Positions 11,646 through 22,546 of a stretch of 50,930 nt of DNA are shown piece by piece (the first letter of the stretch is position 1; each line of letters opens with the position of its first letter). The position numbers and the translations under genes are program-made. The notes below the pieces were generated by a model that was given only the letters and a program-made list of their open reading frames with translations, had not been told where the DNA came from and made no database searches. Source of the stretch: Macrostomum lignano. Taxonomy: Eukaryota. Location of the stretch: positions 1-50,930 of the forward strand of contig NIVC01004310.1 in NCBI GenBank assembly GCA_002269645.1, read 5' to 3'.

Positions 11646-11984
11646 AAAAGCAAGTCAACAGAGTCAAGCAAATGGCGTTAAAAAAGCCATCTCGGCCGCG
11701 CAAAGGATAAAAAACTTTTTTTTGCAAAGCGGAGTGAAAGCCGGTGGGGAACAGTAGGGAACAGGTGTGACACCGTAGCAGGCAGGGCCTACCAGCCCAA
11801 TAATCAGTAGTAAATATATATGTAGTAGTATATGCAGTAGTAGTAAAAATGCCTCAGGTGCGAATGTTTGCGAACAAAGACGGCCGTTGATATTCGAGCT
11901 CAAAAATGTGCTTGCAAGTTCAAAGATAAGCCATAATGAACCCCTGTTGGGACTTCTGAAGTAGGGATTAATATAAGAAATAAG

Positions 11985-12197
11985 GGATTTTTAAAATAGG
12001 GATTCTAGCATCCCAAATTGGGATCAATATAGCAAATTATGGATTTCTAAATTGGGATCAATATCCCAAATTAAGGATTTCTAAATTGGGATCAATATCC
12101 CAAATTAAGGATTTCTACATTGGGATCAATATCCCAGATTATGGATTTATAAATTGGGATCAATATCCAATTGGGGATTTCTAAAATAGGGATATCA
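11985..12197. repeat. Degenerate ~34-bp GGGAT-rich repeat just downstream of the CP110 stop
   Basis: Recurring TTGGGATCAATATCCCAAATTAAGGATTTCTA. Confidence 0.75.
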
Positions 12198-12219
12198 TGT
12201 GACAAACGAGTACTACTCG

Positions 12220-15200
12220 CTACTTTTTCACGTAAATCACGGGAGCCGGGCCCATAGCAGTGAGGTCGGCGATCTCATCGGAGGTCGGCGATTGTGCCTC
12301 ATCGGAGGCTGCGCTGCCGCTGCGACCGTTGCCAGCCAGCAGGCGAGTGACCCGACGATGGCCGTCAAGAGCCATGTGACGCTTGACGGCAGCGGCCAGC
12401 TGATGATTGACAGGCGGCTGCTCCTGGTGACGCCGCGATAGCTGACTGGCAGCATTGGCACTGCCGTTGCTATTGCCGCTGCTGTAATGCTTGTTGTTGT
12501 TGTTGTTGTTGTTGTTGCTGTTGTTGTTGCTGTTGTTGTTGCTGTTGTTGTTGCTGTTGTGGCTGCCAGCCTTGCTGTTGGTCACCGAGTTTGGCGCAGT
12601 TTTCGGTCGGGACGCCGGGGCCGACTCTGCGCTCCTGCCGTTGCTTAGCAACTGGGCTGGGTGCGCCTGCGGCTGCCTGACAACTGCGGCTGTGGCTGGC
12701 CGGTTGCTAGGGGCTTGTTGCTGCTGCTGCTGGCGGGCCAGCATCCGCTTGCGAGTTGCAGCGGAGATCTGCGGGTTGGGGATATTGTAAGATTGTAGGG
12801 GACTGTAGGATCAGTGTGGGATCATGAGAGGGGATTAGCAGTCACATGTAGGATTATGAGAGGGGATTAGCAGTCACATGTAGGATCATGAGAGGGGATT
12901 AGAAGTCACATGTAGGATTATGAGAGGGGATTAGCAGTCACATGTAGGATTATGAGAGGGGATTAGCAGTCACATTTAGGATCGTGAGAGGGGATTAGCA
13001 GTCACATTTAGGATCGTGAGAGGGGATTAGCAGTCACATTTAGGATCGTGAGAGGGGATTAGCAGTCACATTTAGGATCGTGAGAGGGGATTAGCAGTCA
13101 CATGTAGGATCATGAGAGGGGATTAGCAGTCACATGTAGGATCATGAGAGGGGATTAGCAGTCACATGTAGGATCGTGAGAGGGGATTAGCAGTCACATG
13201 TAGGATTATGAGAGGGGATTAGCAGTCACATGTAGGATTATGAGAGGGGATTAGCAGTCACATTTAGGATCGTGAGAGGGGATTAGCAGTCACATTTAGG
13301 ATCGTGAGAGGGGATTAGCAGTCACATTTAGGATCGTGAGAGGGGATTAGCAGTCACATTTAGGATCGTGAGAGGGGATTAGCAGTCACATGTAGGATCA
13401 TGAGAGGGGATTAGCAGTCACATGTAGGATCATGAGAGGGGATTAGCAGTCACATGTAGGATCGTGAGAGGGGATTAGCAGTCACATGTAGGATTATGAG
13501 AGGGGATTAGCAGTCACATGTAGGATTATGAGAGGGGATTAGCAGTCACATTTAGGATCGTGAGAGGGGATTAGCAGTCACATTTAGGATCGTGAGAGGG
13601 GATTAGCAGTCACATGAAGGATCATGAGAGGGGATTAGCAGTCACATTTAGGATCGTGAGAGGGGATCAGCAGTCACATTTAGGATCGTGAGAGGGGATT
13701 AGCAGTCACATGAAGGATCGTGAGAGGGGATTAGCAGTCACATTTAGGATCGTGAGAGGGGATTAGCAGTCACATTTAGGATCGTGAGAGGGGATTAGCA
13801 GTCACATTTAGGATCGTGAGAGGGGATCAGCAGTCACATTTAGGATCGTGAGAGGGGATTAGCAGTCACATTTAGGATCGTGAGAGGGGATCAGCAGTCA
13901 CATTTAGGATCGTGAGAGGGGATTAGCAGTCACATGAAGGATCATGAGAGGGGATTAGCAACAGAATAAGGCGCCCTAGGTGACACAAGAGCATCAGCAC
14001 ATGAATTTAAAATCAGGACAAACCATCTTCTTGGTCACGGATGTCTGCTGCAGCTGCTGGGGCTGAACTGAGCCGCCGCTGCCGGCCAGCAATTCGAGCT
14101 GCCGGTGCTGCCTTGGAGACGAGCCAGCGTCGCTAGAAACGGCGGCGGACGCGCTCGGGGCGGAGAAAGAGCCGGTTGTCTCCACGCTGGTGGCCACGCT
14201 GGCCCGTTTCCTCAGCGCCTCGATCCTCGCCTGCCGGGTGGCGGCAATCAGGCCCAGCTGGCGTCGCCTTGGCAGCGAGAAGAACACGTCGTGCAATTCT
14301 AGCAGCGAGGCGCGCAGACTTTTCACTACGCGCTCCTGCAGCGCCATGTCGCTGATCGCCGCGCTGCCCACGATGGCGCCCGCCGCCGGGACCGCCGATT
14401 GGCGCTGCCGGACCAGCGAGACCGCAAACTCGGCCGTGTCCCGGATTGCTCGGACTATTTCCTGGAGGGCGCGGGGCTCGGGATTGCACTCTGGGCTATG
14501 GGATGTGGGATGTGGGATCTGGGATTTGGGATCTAGGATTTGGGATATGGAATCTAGGATTTGGGATATGGAATCTAGGATTTGGGATCTGGGATATGGG
14601 ATCTAGGATATGGGATCTGGTCCTGGGATATAAGATCTGAGATATGGGATCTAGGATTTGGGATCTGGGATATAGGATATGGGATCTAGGATATGGGATC
14701 TAGGATATGGGATCTGGGATATTGGATCTAGGATATGAGATCTAGAAACTAGGATATGGGATATAGGATAAGGGATCTGGGATATGAGATCTGGAATATG
14801 GGATATGAGATCTGGAATACTGGGATATGGGATCTGAGATTTGGGATATAGGATCTGGGATCCGTGATAAGGAATAAAGGATCTGGGATATGGCAAGTGA
14901 GGGATCTGGTAACTGCTCACAGCCTTCGCATATAAGAGCAAGCCAAGCGCTGCAAAAACAAGCCCTGCTCACCTGGACCCGATCACTCTGCATTAGACGG
15001 CGAACTAAGAATCCCCGCCCAATGGCGGTGAGCCGGCACCAGGCCCGCCTGTAGCGCGGATGCCCGGCCGGTCCCATGGCTGCGTAGGAATTCGAATGCT
15101 GCTGCCGCGGCTGCCGAGATTGAGCCGGCTGAAGCGATGCCTCTTCCCTGACAGCGGCCAGGGCCGCCTGAGCACGGAGCAGTCGGCTCTCCTGATCTCG

Positions 15201-16016
15201 AAGCTCCCGCTCGCAGCGCTGACGCTCGCCGGCTGCGGCAGCAACAGCGGCAGCGGCGGTCGAGGAGGCTGCAACATGGCCCCCGCCATCAACCAGGTCG
15301 CCGATATCGCCGTAGTGCCTCTCGCGCTGCTCTACCTCCGCGTCCTGCTCGTCATCTTGATTGTCAAGCTCGTCATCGTCGTGTGGCAGACTGCTCATGG
15401 CAGAGCTGGTCAGGCTGGCCCGCATGTACTGGCCAAGGTCTGTGCTCTCAGTTGGCGGGGCCGGCTCCGTGACGGTGGCCGGCTGCCGGTTCTGAATCAC
15501 GGTGCTGACCAGCGGGTCCTCGCTGCTGGAGGCGCTGGTCTTCACGCACGAGTTGACAGACGATTGCGGCAGCTGATTGGCTGCCTGTTGCTGCTGCTGC
15601 TGTTGCTGTTGCTGCAGTTTCTGCTTCTGGTAGGAGACGCTCAGGGCGTCGGTTCGGGTGCGCGGCTCTTGCGGCGGCAAAGCCGACGGATTCTGTTGCT
15701 GCTGCTGCTGGAATTGCTGCTTCTGCTGCAGCTGCTGCTGGTGGTGCCGGCGCCAGCGCTGCTGGTTTCTGGCCAGCAGGAGGCGCAGCTCCACTCGGCA
15801 AGCGGCCTCGCGGGTGACGGCGCAGGCGGCCGCGGCCTCCGCCGACATCAGCGGCGCCGGCGGCAGCTCGGCGACGAGACCGGAGCCACAGTGGCGATCC
15901 AAGTCGCCGATGGCCCGGGCGTTGGCTGCGCGCATTCGATCGATGCGCTCGGACAGCAGCTCGAGGGCGAGGCTCTGCGCGTCCAGCTGGTCTAGGAGCT
16001 GCGCTGCGCGCTCCAT
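12220..16016 (-). CDS. CCP110: Centriolar coiled-coil protein CP110 homolog; exons 16016-14973, 14461-14024, 12768-12220 (~676 aa)
   Basis: RLTAIGRGFLVRRLMQSDRVQ|EIVRAIRDTAEF..DMALQERVVKSLRASLLELHDVFF matches the CP110 C-terminal block as I recall it ([42 protein letters not shown]). All junctions are phase-0 GT-AG. Start codon and terminal exon end are less certain. Confidence 0.8.
12815..13960. repeat. 32-bp minisatellite (GAGAGGGGATTAGCAGTCACATKTAGGATCRT), ~35 copies, filling CP110 intron 2
   Basis: Period 32 (12841, 12873); occupies nearly all of intron 12769-14023. Confidence 0.95.
14490..14900. repeat. GGGATATGGGATCT-type short-period repeat filling CP110 intron 1
   Basis: 7/14/21-bp periodicity read directly. 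Confidence 0.9.
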
Positions 16017-16059
16017 CGTCAGAAGATGAGGCGGAGAAGCTGGACTAGTTGTAACTATG

Positions 16060-16372
16060 ACTAAGAAATGCCCAGCAATTGAGGATCTGGGAGACTGCCC
16101 TAGCAACTGAGGATCTGGAAGGCTAGCCCAGCAACTGATGATCTGGAAGGCTGACCCAGCATCTGACACTCTGGGAAGCTGGCTCAGCAACTGAGGATCT
16201 GGGAGGCTGGCCTAGCAACTGAGGATCTGGGAGGCTGGCCCAGCATCTGACACTCTGGGAAGCTGGCTCAGCAACTGAGGATCTGGGAGGCTGGCCCAGC
16301 AACTGAGGATCTGGGAGGCTGGCCCAGCAACTGAGGATCTGGGAGGCTGGCCCAGCAACTGAGGATCTGGGG
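16060..16372 (+). repeat. 28-bp minisatellite (CAGCAACTGAGGATCTGGGAGGCTGGCC), ~11 copies, just upstream of the CP110 ATG
   Basis: Period 28 (16269, 16297). Confidence 0.92.
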
Positions 16373-16841
16373 AGTGTTCTACAATAGCATTTTAAAAACA
16401 ACTAATGAATGAAAGGAGAAAGCAGTACACTGCAATGTACTCCATAAGCAGGCCTAAAGATTGCACAGCGGCTAATAATTCCTATTTATTGAAATTCTAA
16501 GCGCACAGTTACAGCGCAAATGGAAAAGAATTCGGATTTGATCTGATCTCGGGACTAATTCAAAGTCTTTTTATAATGAATGCATAAGTAGACATATAAT
16601 AGTCGTAACAGAGAAAACACACCACATAGTCGTGAGAAACGCATATTATTAATACACTACTAACAGTAACAGGAATATAAGCTAGTAGTAGAATTTAGTA
16701 ATGCGAAACAACATCCGACAATATTTCTTTGTTAGCCTTAAATTACGATATCGACTATTAAAAACGCTAGCGTGTGAGAAAAAAACCATTTTTGGCAGCA
16801 GAACAGCTCAAGTCAATCTGAAATGTTTGAACCAATGCCAA

Positions 16842-17081
16842 CTAAACATAAATCCCAACCCACAGACACAGAAACAGGATGCCAAATCCCATGAACACGG
16901 AGGCAACCAGCGAGATGAGAATCTCCTTGAAGATGTCGCGGCTAAACTTGTTGGCCGTCACTTCATAGACGAAGAACCAAGCAGTGAAGAAGATTCCAAT
17001 GCCGAGCAGCACCAGGGTGAGGTGCGGGAACACAGCCGGATTGATTGGCGACACATAACGAACCATGGAGTCCAGAGCAAT
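16842..17081 (-). CDS. TMEM258: TMEM258 (oligosaccharyltransferase subunit); coding exon 17081-16842, internal ATG at 17066
   Basis: [64 protein letters not shown] is near-identical to known TMEM258. An in-frame AG acceptor at 17083-17082 suggests a short upstream exon. Confidence 0.95.
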   Translation of the reverse strand: MALDSMVRYVSPINPAVFPHLTLVLLGIGIFFTAWFFVYEVTANKFSRDIFKEILISLVASVFMGFGILFLCLWVGIYV

Positions 17082-19716
17082 CTATTGGAGTGCAGATGTA
17101 AAACAGAGATTGTGAATACCAGATATGAATAAATACATATCTACAGTAATCATGTAAGACATGATTGTCATTACATTGGTATTAGTAACAGAAATGCTAG
17201 CAATATTGTTACTTTTTTAGCATTACTGATATTAAACTACCTTTGTAGAATTCCTAAAGTTTCTTTAAAATTGGAGCAATGACAAATATATAAATAGATT
17301 TTTTATTGCTTAAAAGAACTAAATCTATTTGTTATAGAGATGTTTCAAAGGTGCCTTTTCTGTCAAAATCAAAACTGAAATTGAAATTTGCTACTTCCTG
17401 AAATCAAAATTGAAATTTTTCATAATTGAAACTCAGAAAATACAAAATTTAGTATGACCAACACTCACTTTTTACTGTTGATTTACTGCTTATACAAAAC
17501 AAAATACATGAATAGGTAGCATAAACTAGTATATTTCAGCCATTGGATAAGTAGAATTCTTCATACTTTGAATGCAATAAGCTTTTTGGATACAAAACTA
17601 TAAAGTCCAGCTAGCCCTTGCTACTGTGTATATGTATACATGCAACATGGTCTAGTATATAGAAGGGGCAAATGTAAAAGCATAATTCCAATAATAAATA
17701 GCTGCCTAGTACTGCTATAAGTATATGAAAAATATTATTATGTATATTATACAGTTATAGTATCATACAAGCAAGGACTAGATGAAGATGGACATGTAAC
17801 CTTTATTCTATAACTTAACTTTTCTCTATGCATGACATAATCTCTTGCTCTCTTGCATGTTCTATGTATAATATTACTGAATAGCAATAATTGTGTTTAT
17901 GTAAACCATAGATGTATCCTTATATTATATCTTAAAATACATGTATATAATATATTAGCAAAAGTAGTAGTAAGTTTGGCTCAGGCAAGAAGCCTGTTTG
18001 GCCAGTATAAGACAGTATATTTAATAATTCAATAGGAGATATTTATGTATTATAAGTACGTGATGCGGCCCAAGTTTTGCAATAATATAGTATTTGAAAG
18101 AGTGCTTAATTTTTTTAAATGAAATTTCAAACGATCTTTAATGACTAACGAAGCAAAAAGTATTTAAGCAAGGAATTAAAAAACAAGCATTGTATGATCT
18201 TGATGTTATAGCAATTCATTTGATCCTGTAGGTGATAAAAATAGGTGTATATGTATTAATTAGGCAATAAAAGATGAAAGAAAGAAATAACCACAAATAG
18301 AGCACTTATTAAAATAAGGCACAATTAGAAAAAATTTTGGTATACAAATAAACGCATAGAACAGGATAAATTTCACCGGTATTGTTTAAAAGAGGAGGAG
18401 CAGGGACTAAAATACAGGGAGATACATAGTAGCAAGAGGGATCAAATAATAACAGTGAGCCTCAAGGTAACCAAGGATTTGATTGATGTAAGACAGGCAG
18501 CAACAGCGTGGTACACATGGTGTTTCTGCATACATATTACTAGACATATTATTTTCATGTCAGTTGTGTGGATGAAAAGCTTTTTTAGCTTTTCAAATTC
18601 AAACAAAATCTATATTAGGCATTTTTTCTGTTAAAATACAAAAAATTATACTTTTATTATGATTAATCCCTTTGGCATTATTTATTATTAAAATAAAAAA
18701 AACATTACAATGATTATATATAAATCTTAAATTATTGCAATAGTAAGTAAATATAAGAATCTTTGACTTTAGTATATAATACTAAAAATGATTTGTAAAT
18801 GCCTAAAAATAATTGTCTAAGAATCCAATTAGTTATCTACATATCCTACTTACTGTGTTTACTCTTTTTAAAGTTGAGATTAAGAATATAATAACTAAAA
18901 TTTTCAAACAAATGGACTATAACCTAAATATTTACAAAGCAATTAGAACTATATAGAGCAAAAAAGAAACCCAATACTCCTTATTTAAATCTATTTAAAT
19001 CTAATCTTGCCAAAATTGATAATAAATTGTAGGTGAGTCTGGACCTACAGTTTTCTATAAAAACTTTTGAGTTTTGCAAAAAATGACTGTAATTGTCTCG
19101 GCTATAGCTAGGAAGCTATCATTATCAAATTGAGCAGACATAGTAATTAATGAACAAAAATTATTTTGATATTAATATAATTATTTTATTATTACTATAT
19201 TGTTTATTTGGTGCTACTGGTAGTCTGGTAAAAATGCTAGTGTAGGCCTAATTAATATGCAAATACATGACCATACCAGGCATACCACACTAGAATAGAA
19301 TTATTATGTACATACCTCCATTTTCAGTCAAAGGGGATTATAGTTTTAACAATCGCAATTAATTTTTATAGTAAATTTTTCAAAAGAACTTAGCTTTACT
19401 AAAAAATAATTGATAATTTAACATTCGGTCAAGAAGTGATAGTAAAAACAATACAATTAGGTAGCTTTTAGTGATAAAATTTCTATTTGATAACTTAAAA
19501 TAGCGCGAAAACCTGGATGGCACGATAGAATAATTCTAACAACATTTTATGCATTAATGTAAAATTTGTTTCCCTTGAATCATAATCCCTTGAAAATAAT
19601 TACGTTTTTTAAAGTAATAAGCTTCTCTACTAAGCTAAATCACATTTTTGGCGGATTTCCATTCGCAATTGCATTCGAAGTTTCGAACTGAACTTATGAA
19701 AAGCTAGTGTCAGATG

Positions 19717-19807
19717 GGCTTCCAGACAATCCGGCGACAAGACGATCCGGTGACTGTCGCCATTTTGCCTGTCGCCGGATCGTCTGTCGCCGGATTGACT
19801 GGATACC
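19717..19807. mobile_element. 91-bp MITE, Mutator-like, ~40-bp TIRs, 8-bp TSD GTCAGATG
   Basis: Left end GGCTTCCAGACAATCCGGCGACAAGACGATCCGG pairs with right end CCGGATCGTCTGTCGCCGGATTGACTGGATACC. GTCAGATG occurs at 19709-19716 and 19808-19815. Confidence 0.85.
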
Positions 19808-20099
19808 GTCAGATGTCTTAACAGAGGGGATAACGCGTCCTCCTTGTGGTAAATAGTTGCGTTTTATATCGTTTTTAAAAAATAAAAATGTAGGCTGCAT
19901 GGTATGGCATAATTCTTTCTCTGGCTCACCCCTGGCTGAGAGGGTTTCCATGCATTTCGGTGCCCATGCTTTTCGGTGCCAGGCATTTCGGTGATGATGA
20001 AGGTGCTGGTACGTGAAATCACTGATGCTGCTGATGCCGATGAAGCTGCCGATGAAGCTGCTGATGAAGGTGCTGGTGAAATCACTGATGCTGCTTTTG

Positions 20100-21706
20100 T
20101 GTGTATCATTTTCTTTGTCATCAGATGCACCAAGAGAAGTGCACGGCAACCTTGCACAGCAACGGTGATCCAGCTGCCAGATGGCACTTTTCGACAAGGA
20201 AAAAGCTCCCATACCCATCCTCCAGTAGCCAATGCAGCAACGACACGAGTGCTGATACGAAAGGCCAAACAGCAGGCAGAGGCATCTATATTCACATCTG
20301 CAACTGAAATCGCCGAGACGTGTCGATCTATTACAGGCCCACCAGCAAGGCAACACGGCAAATTTGCCCAAGCCAGAGCGCGTAGCTCAAGCTTCCAATC
20401 GTGCAAGACAACGCAATAGAACAAAAGATCCACAGTCGTTGGATTTCGAGGTGGACGTAGGAGAGAATGGGATGCCTCCAGAGTTTCTTAGGTACATATA
20501 CAGTACGTGTGCAATTACATGTAATCTGCATGCTAGCTATACTGTACTTACATGAGCTATTAGTTACGATTGATTGTACAATTATTTTCCACTTTCACAC
20601 TTTCACACTTGATTTCACACTTTCCTACAGAGCGGATGTTAGAAGGGATGGAAAGCGCCACCTTCTCTTAGCCACAGACTGCCAAATTAAGCTTTTGGAG
20701 AAGGCAACGACATGGTATGTGGATGGCACGTTTTTTTTGGTCAGGCATCCTTTCACGCAGCTCTGGGGTATTCATGCCTTCCTAAAGGATGAAGCGGGTG
20801 ACTGCAATGTTAAACAGGTACATCGTGTACACGTGTACATATATCATAATGACTTCATGTCCCTTGAAATGTGCCACTTTACATATGTGTTACTCATACT
20901 ACAGGTGCCGTTGGCGTTTGTCCTTATGTCCGGTCGAACTTCAAAGGACTATAAGTCCGTTCTTCGACCCCTTCGAGGCATCCTGCCTGAGGCGAACCCA
21001 TCAGTTTTTGTTATGGATTACGAAGCCGCAGCATGGAATTAAGCAGCACGTCAAGTTTTCCCCCAAAGTGGGGTCATCGGTTGCAGCTTTCATTGGACAC
21101 AGGCTGTATTTAGAAAAATCCAGGCCCTTGGTCTCCAAGAGTCTTACAACCGTGACGAAATGACACGCAGCTTTTGCCGGAGGCTAATGGCCTTACACTA
21201 CTTACCCACTGCGAATATTATTTCAGTCTTCAAACGACCAGCGATGTAAGCATAAATTATAAAAGGGACATGTACCAGCTATTACATGTACATGTACATG
21301 TACAATTCCTTTCAGGTTGTTCAAGGTGTACAATCGCCTCATCGAGCTGTGCGCCTACGTGCGAAGCACTTGGCTTTCAAACGCCATGTGGAATCCGGAG
21401 AATATCAGTGTCTTCGGTCGGTCAATCCGAACAAATAATGATGTGGAAGGCTATCACAGGCGCTTGAACGGCAAAGCTGGACGCGACAAGCTGCAATTTT
21501 ACGTACTGTTGCGCTTGCTCTTCGATGAGGCTACCTCAATATCCCTGCAAGCGCAGCTTGTCTCACAAGGTGCGTTGCGACGCAGGCAGCGTGCAGCCTA
21601 CCGGACATGCCAAGCTAATATTCACAACGCTTGGGGTCAGCTAGACGACAAGTTAATCACACCTACCCAACTTTTAGCTATCTGCAGTCGCTTTGTGGGA
21701 TATTAA
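20100..21706 (+). pseudogene. MULE transposase pseudogene; introns 20492-20630, 20818-20904, ~21246-21316; frameshift ~20350, in-frame TAA 21040-21042
   Basis: Spliced reading: PPEFL|RADVRRDGKRHLLLATD..WYVDGTF..NVKQ|VPLAFVLMSG..MDYEAAAWN*AARQVFP..GCSFHWTQAV..|..YVRSTWL..RTNNDVEGYHRRLN. Confidence 0.85.
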
Positions 21707-21835
21707 CCAAAACGACAATTTCATTCGATCAGCAACGATTTTAGCAGTTCTTTTAGGTATTTTATGACTTAATTTTATCATTACGATATGTTTGTTACGA
21801 TATCGATTTAGTGGACGATATGTTATTCGACTTAA

Positions 21836-21963
21836 ATCGTCCTTCTTTGGGATCGTTATACGTGTTTTTCGAATCAATCGTCCTTCTTTGTGATCGTTAT
21901 ACGTGTTTTTCGAATCAATCGTCCTTCTTTGTGATCGTTATACGTGTTTTTCGAATCAATCCT
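21836..21963. repeat. 41-bp tandem repeat x3 in the 3' subterminal region of the MULE
   Basis: CGTCCTTCTTTGTGATCGTTATACGTGTTTTTCGAATCAAT at 21838, 21879, 21920. Confidence 0.85.
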
Positions 21964-22546
21964 CGATTTGTTCTTTAAAACAAATTCATTGAAAAAATTA
22001 ATTCGGAAGACAAAAAATAAACTTGTTCAGTTATTCGTAATTGCCTTCGATTGAATCTAGAATAACATGATTGACTTTTAGCTTCATTCCATGTATTTGT
22101 TAAGCTGGGACCGAAAAGCAAAATGAGGCACCGAAAAGCAAACTGGGGCACCGAAATGCCTGGCACCGAAAAGCGTGGATACCGCTGAGAGAGCCAAAAG
22201 CGTAAAGTACTAACAAGTCGTATTTTATCAGAGAGTTTAATAACTTTTGATCCAAAAATATTAGCAGGTTAAAATATTTATAGTTGTTACTATGAAATAT
22301 TCAAGACTGGCTTAATTAAAACGTAGGTCATAAAATGTTTGTTAAACTTTTTTAGCTTCTTAGAAAAAAAACAAATTTTGTGTACGAGAGACATTCCATT
22401 AGTCATTGTTACTTAACACTATTTAATTATTTTGTGATAATCATATCTAGACTTGGACTAGGTGTTAAATGTAAATAAAGTATCGTTCTTTGCTAACCTT
22501 GATAAAATTGCCCTTAACTGAAGTAACTTCTTTGACTAAGCATACG

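Larger units (their letters stand above)
19943..22183 (+). mobile_element. Mutator/MULE DNA transposon with FLYWCH-like finger and decayed intron-containing DDE transposase; 8-bp TSD GCTGAGAG
   Basis: TIRs GGTTTCCATGCATTTCGGTGCC / GGCACCGAAAAGCGTGGATACC with TTCGGTGCC subrepeats; TSD at 19935-19942 and 22184-22191. Motifs C..C..HTH, WYVDGTF, VMDYE, GCSFHW, RTNNDVEGYH are MULE hallmarks. Confidence 0.92.

Noticed and set aside
7981-11727. Long minus-strand periodic ORFs (625, 545, 485, 440, 298 aa)
   Set aside because: They follow the 45-bp and 42-bp arrays exactly.
16701-17132. 143-aa + strand ORF
   Set aside because: Antisense shadow of TMEM258.
6756-21042. TAA readthrough or recoding, suggested by in-frame TAAs at ~6758, ~9988 and 21040
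   Set aside because: All fall in decayed sequences that also carry frameshifts, and TAA appears to end the MULE ORF normally at 21704-21706.
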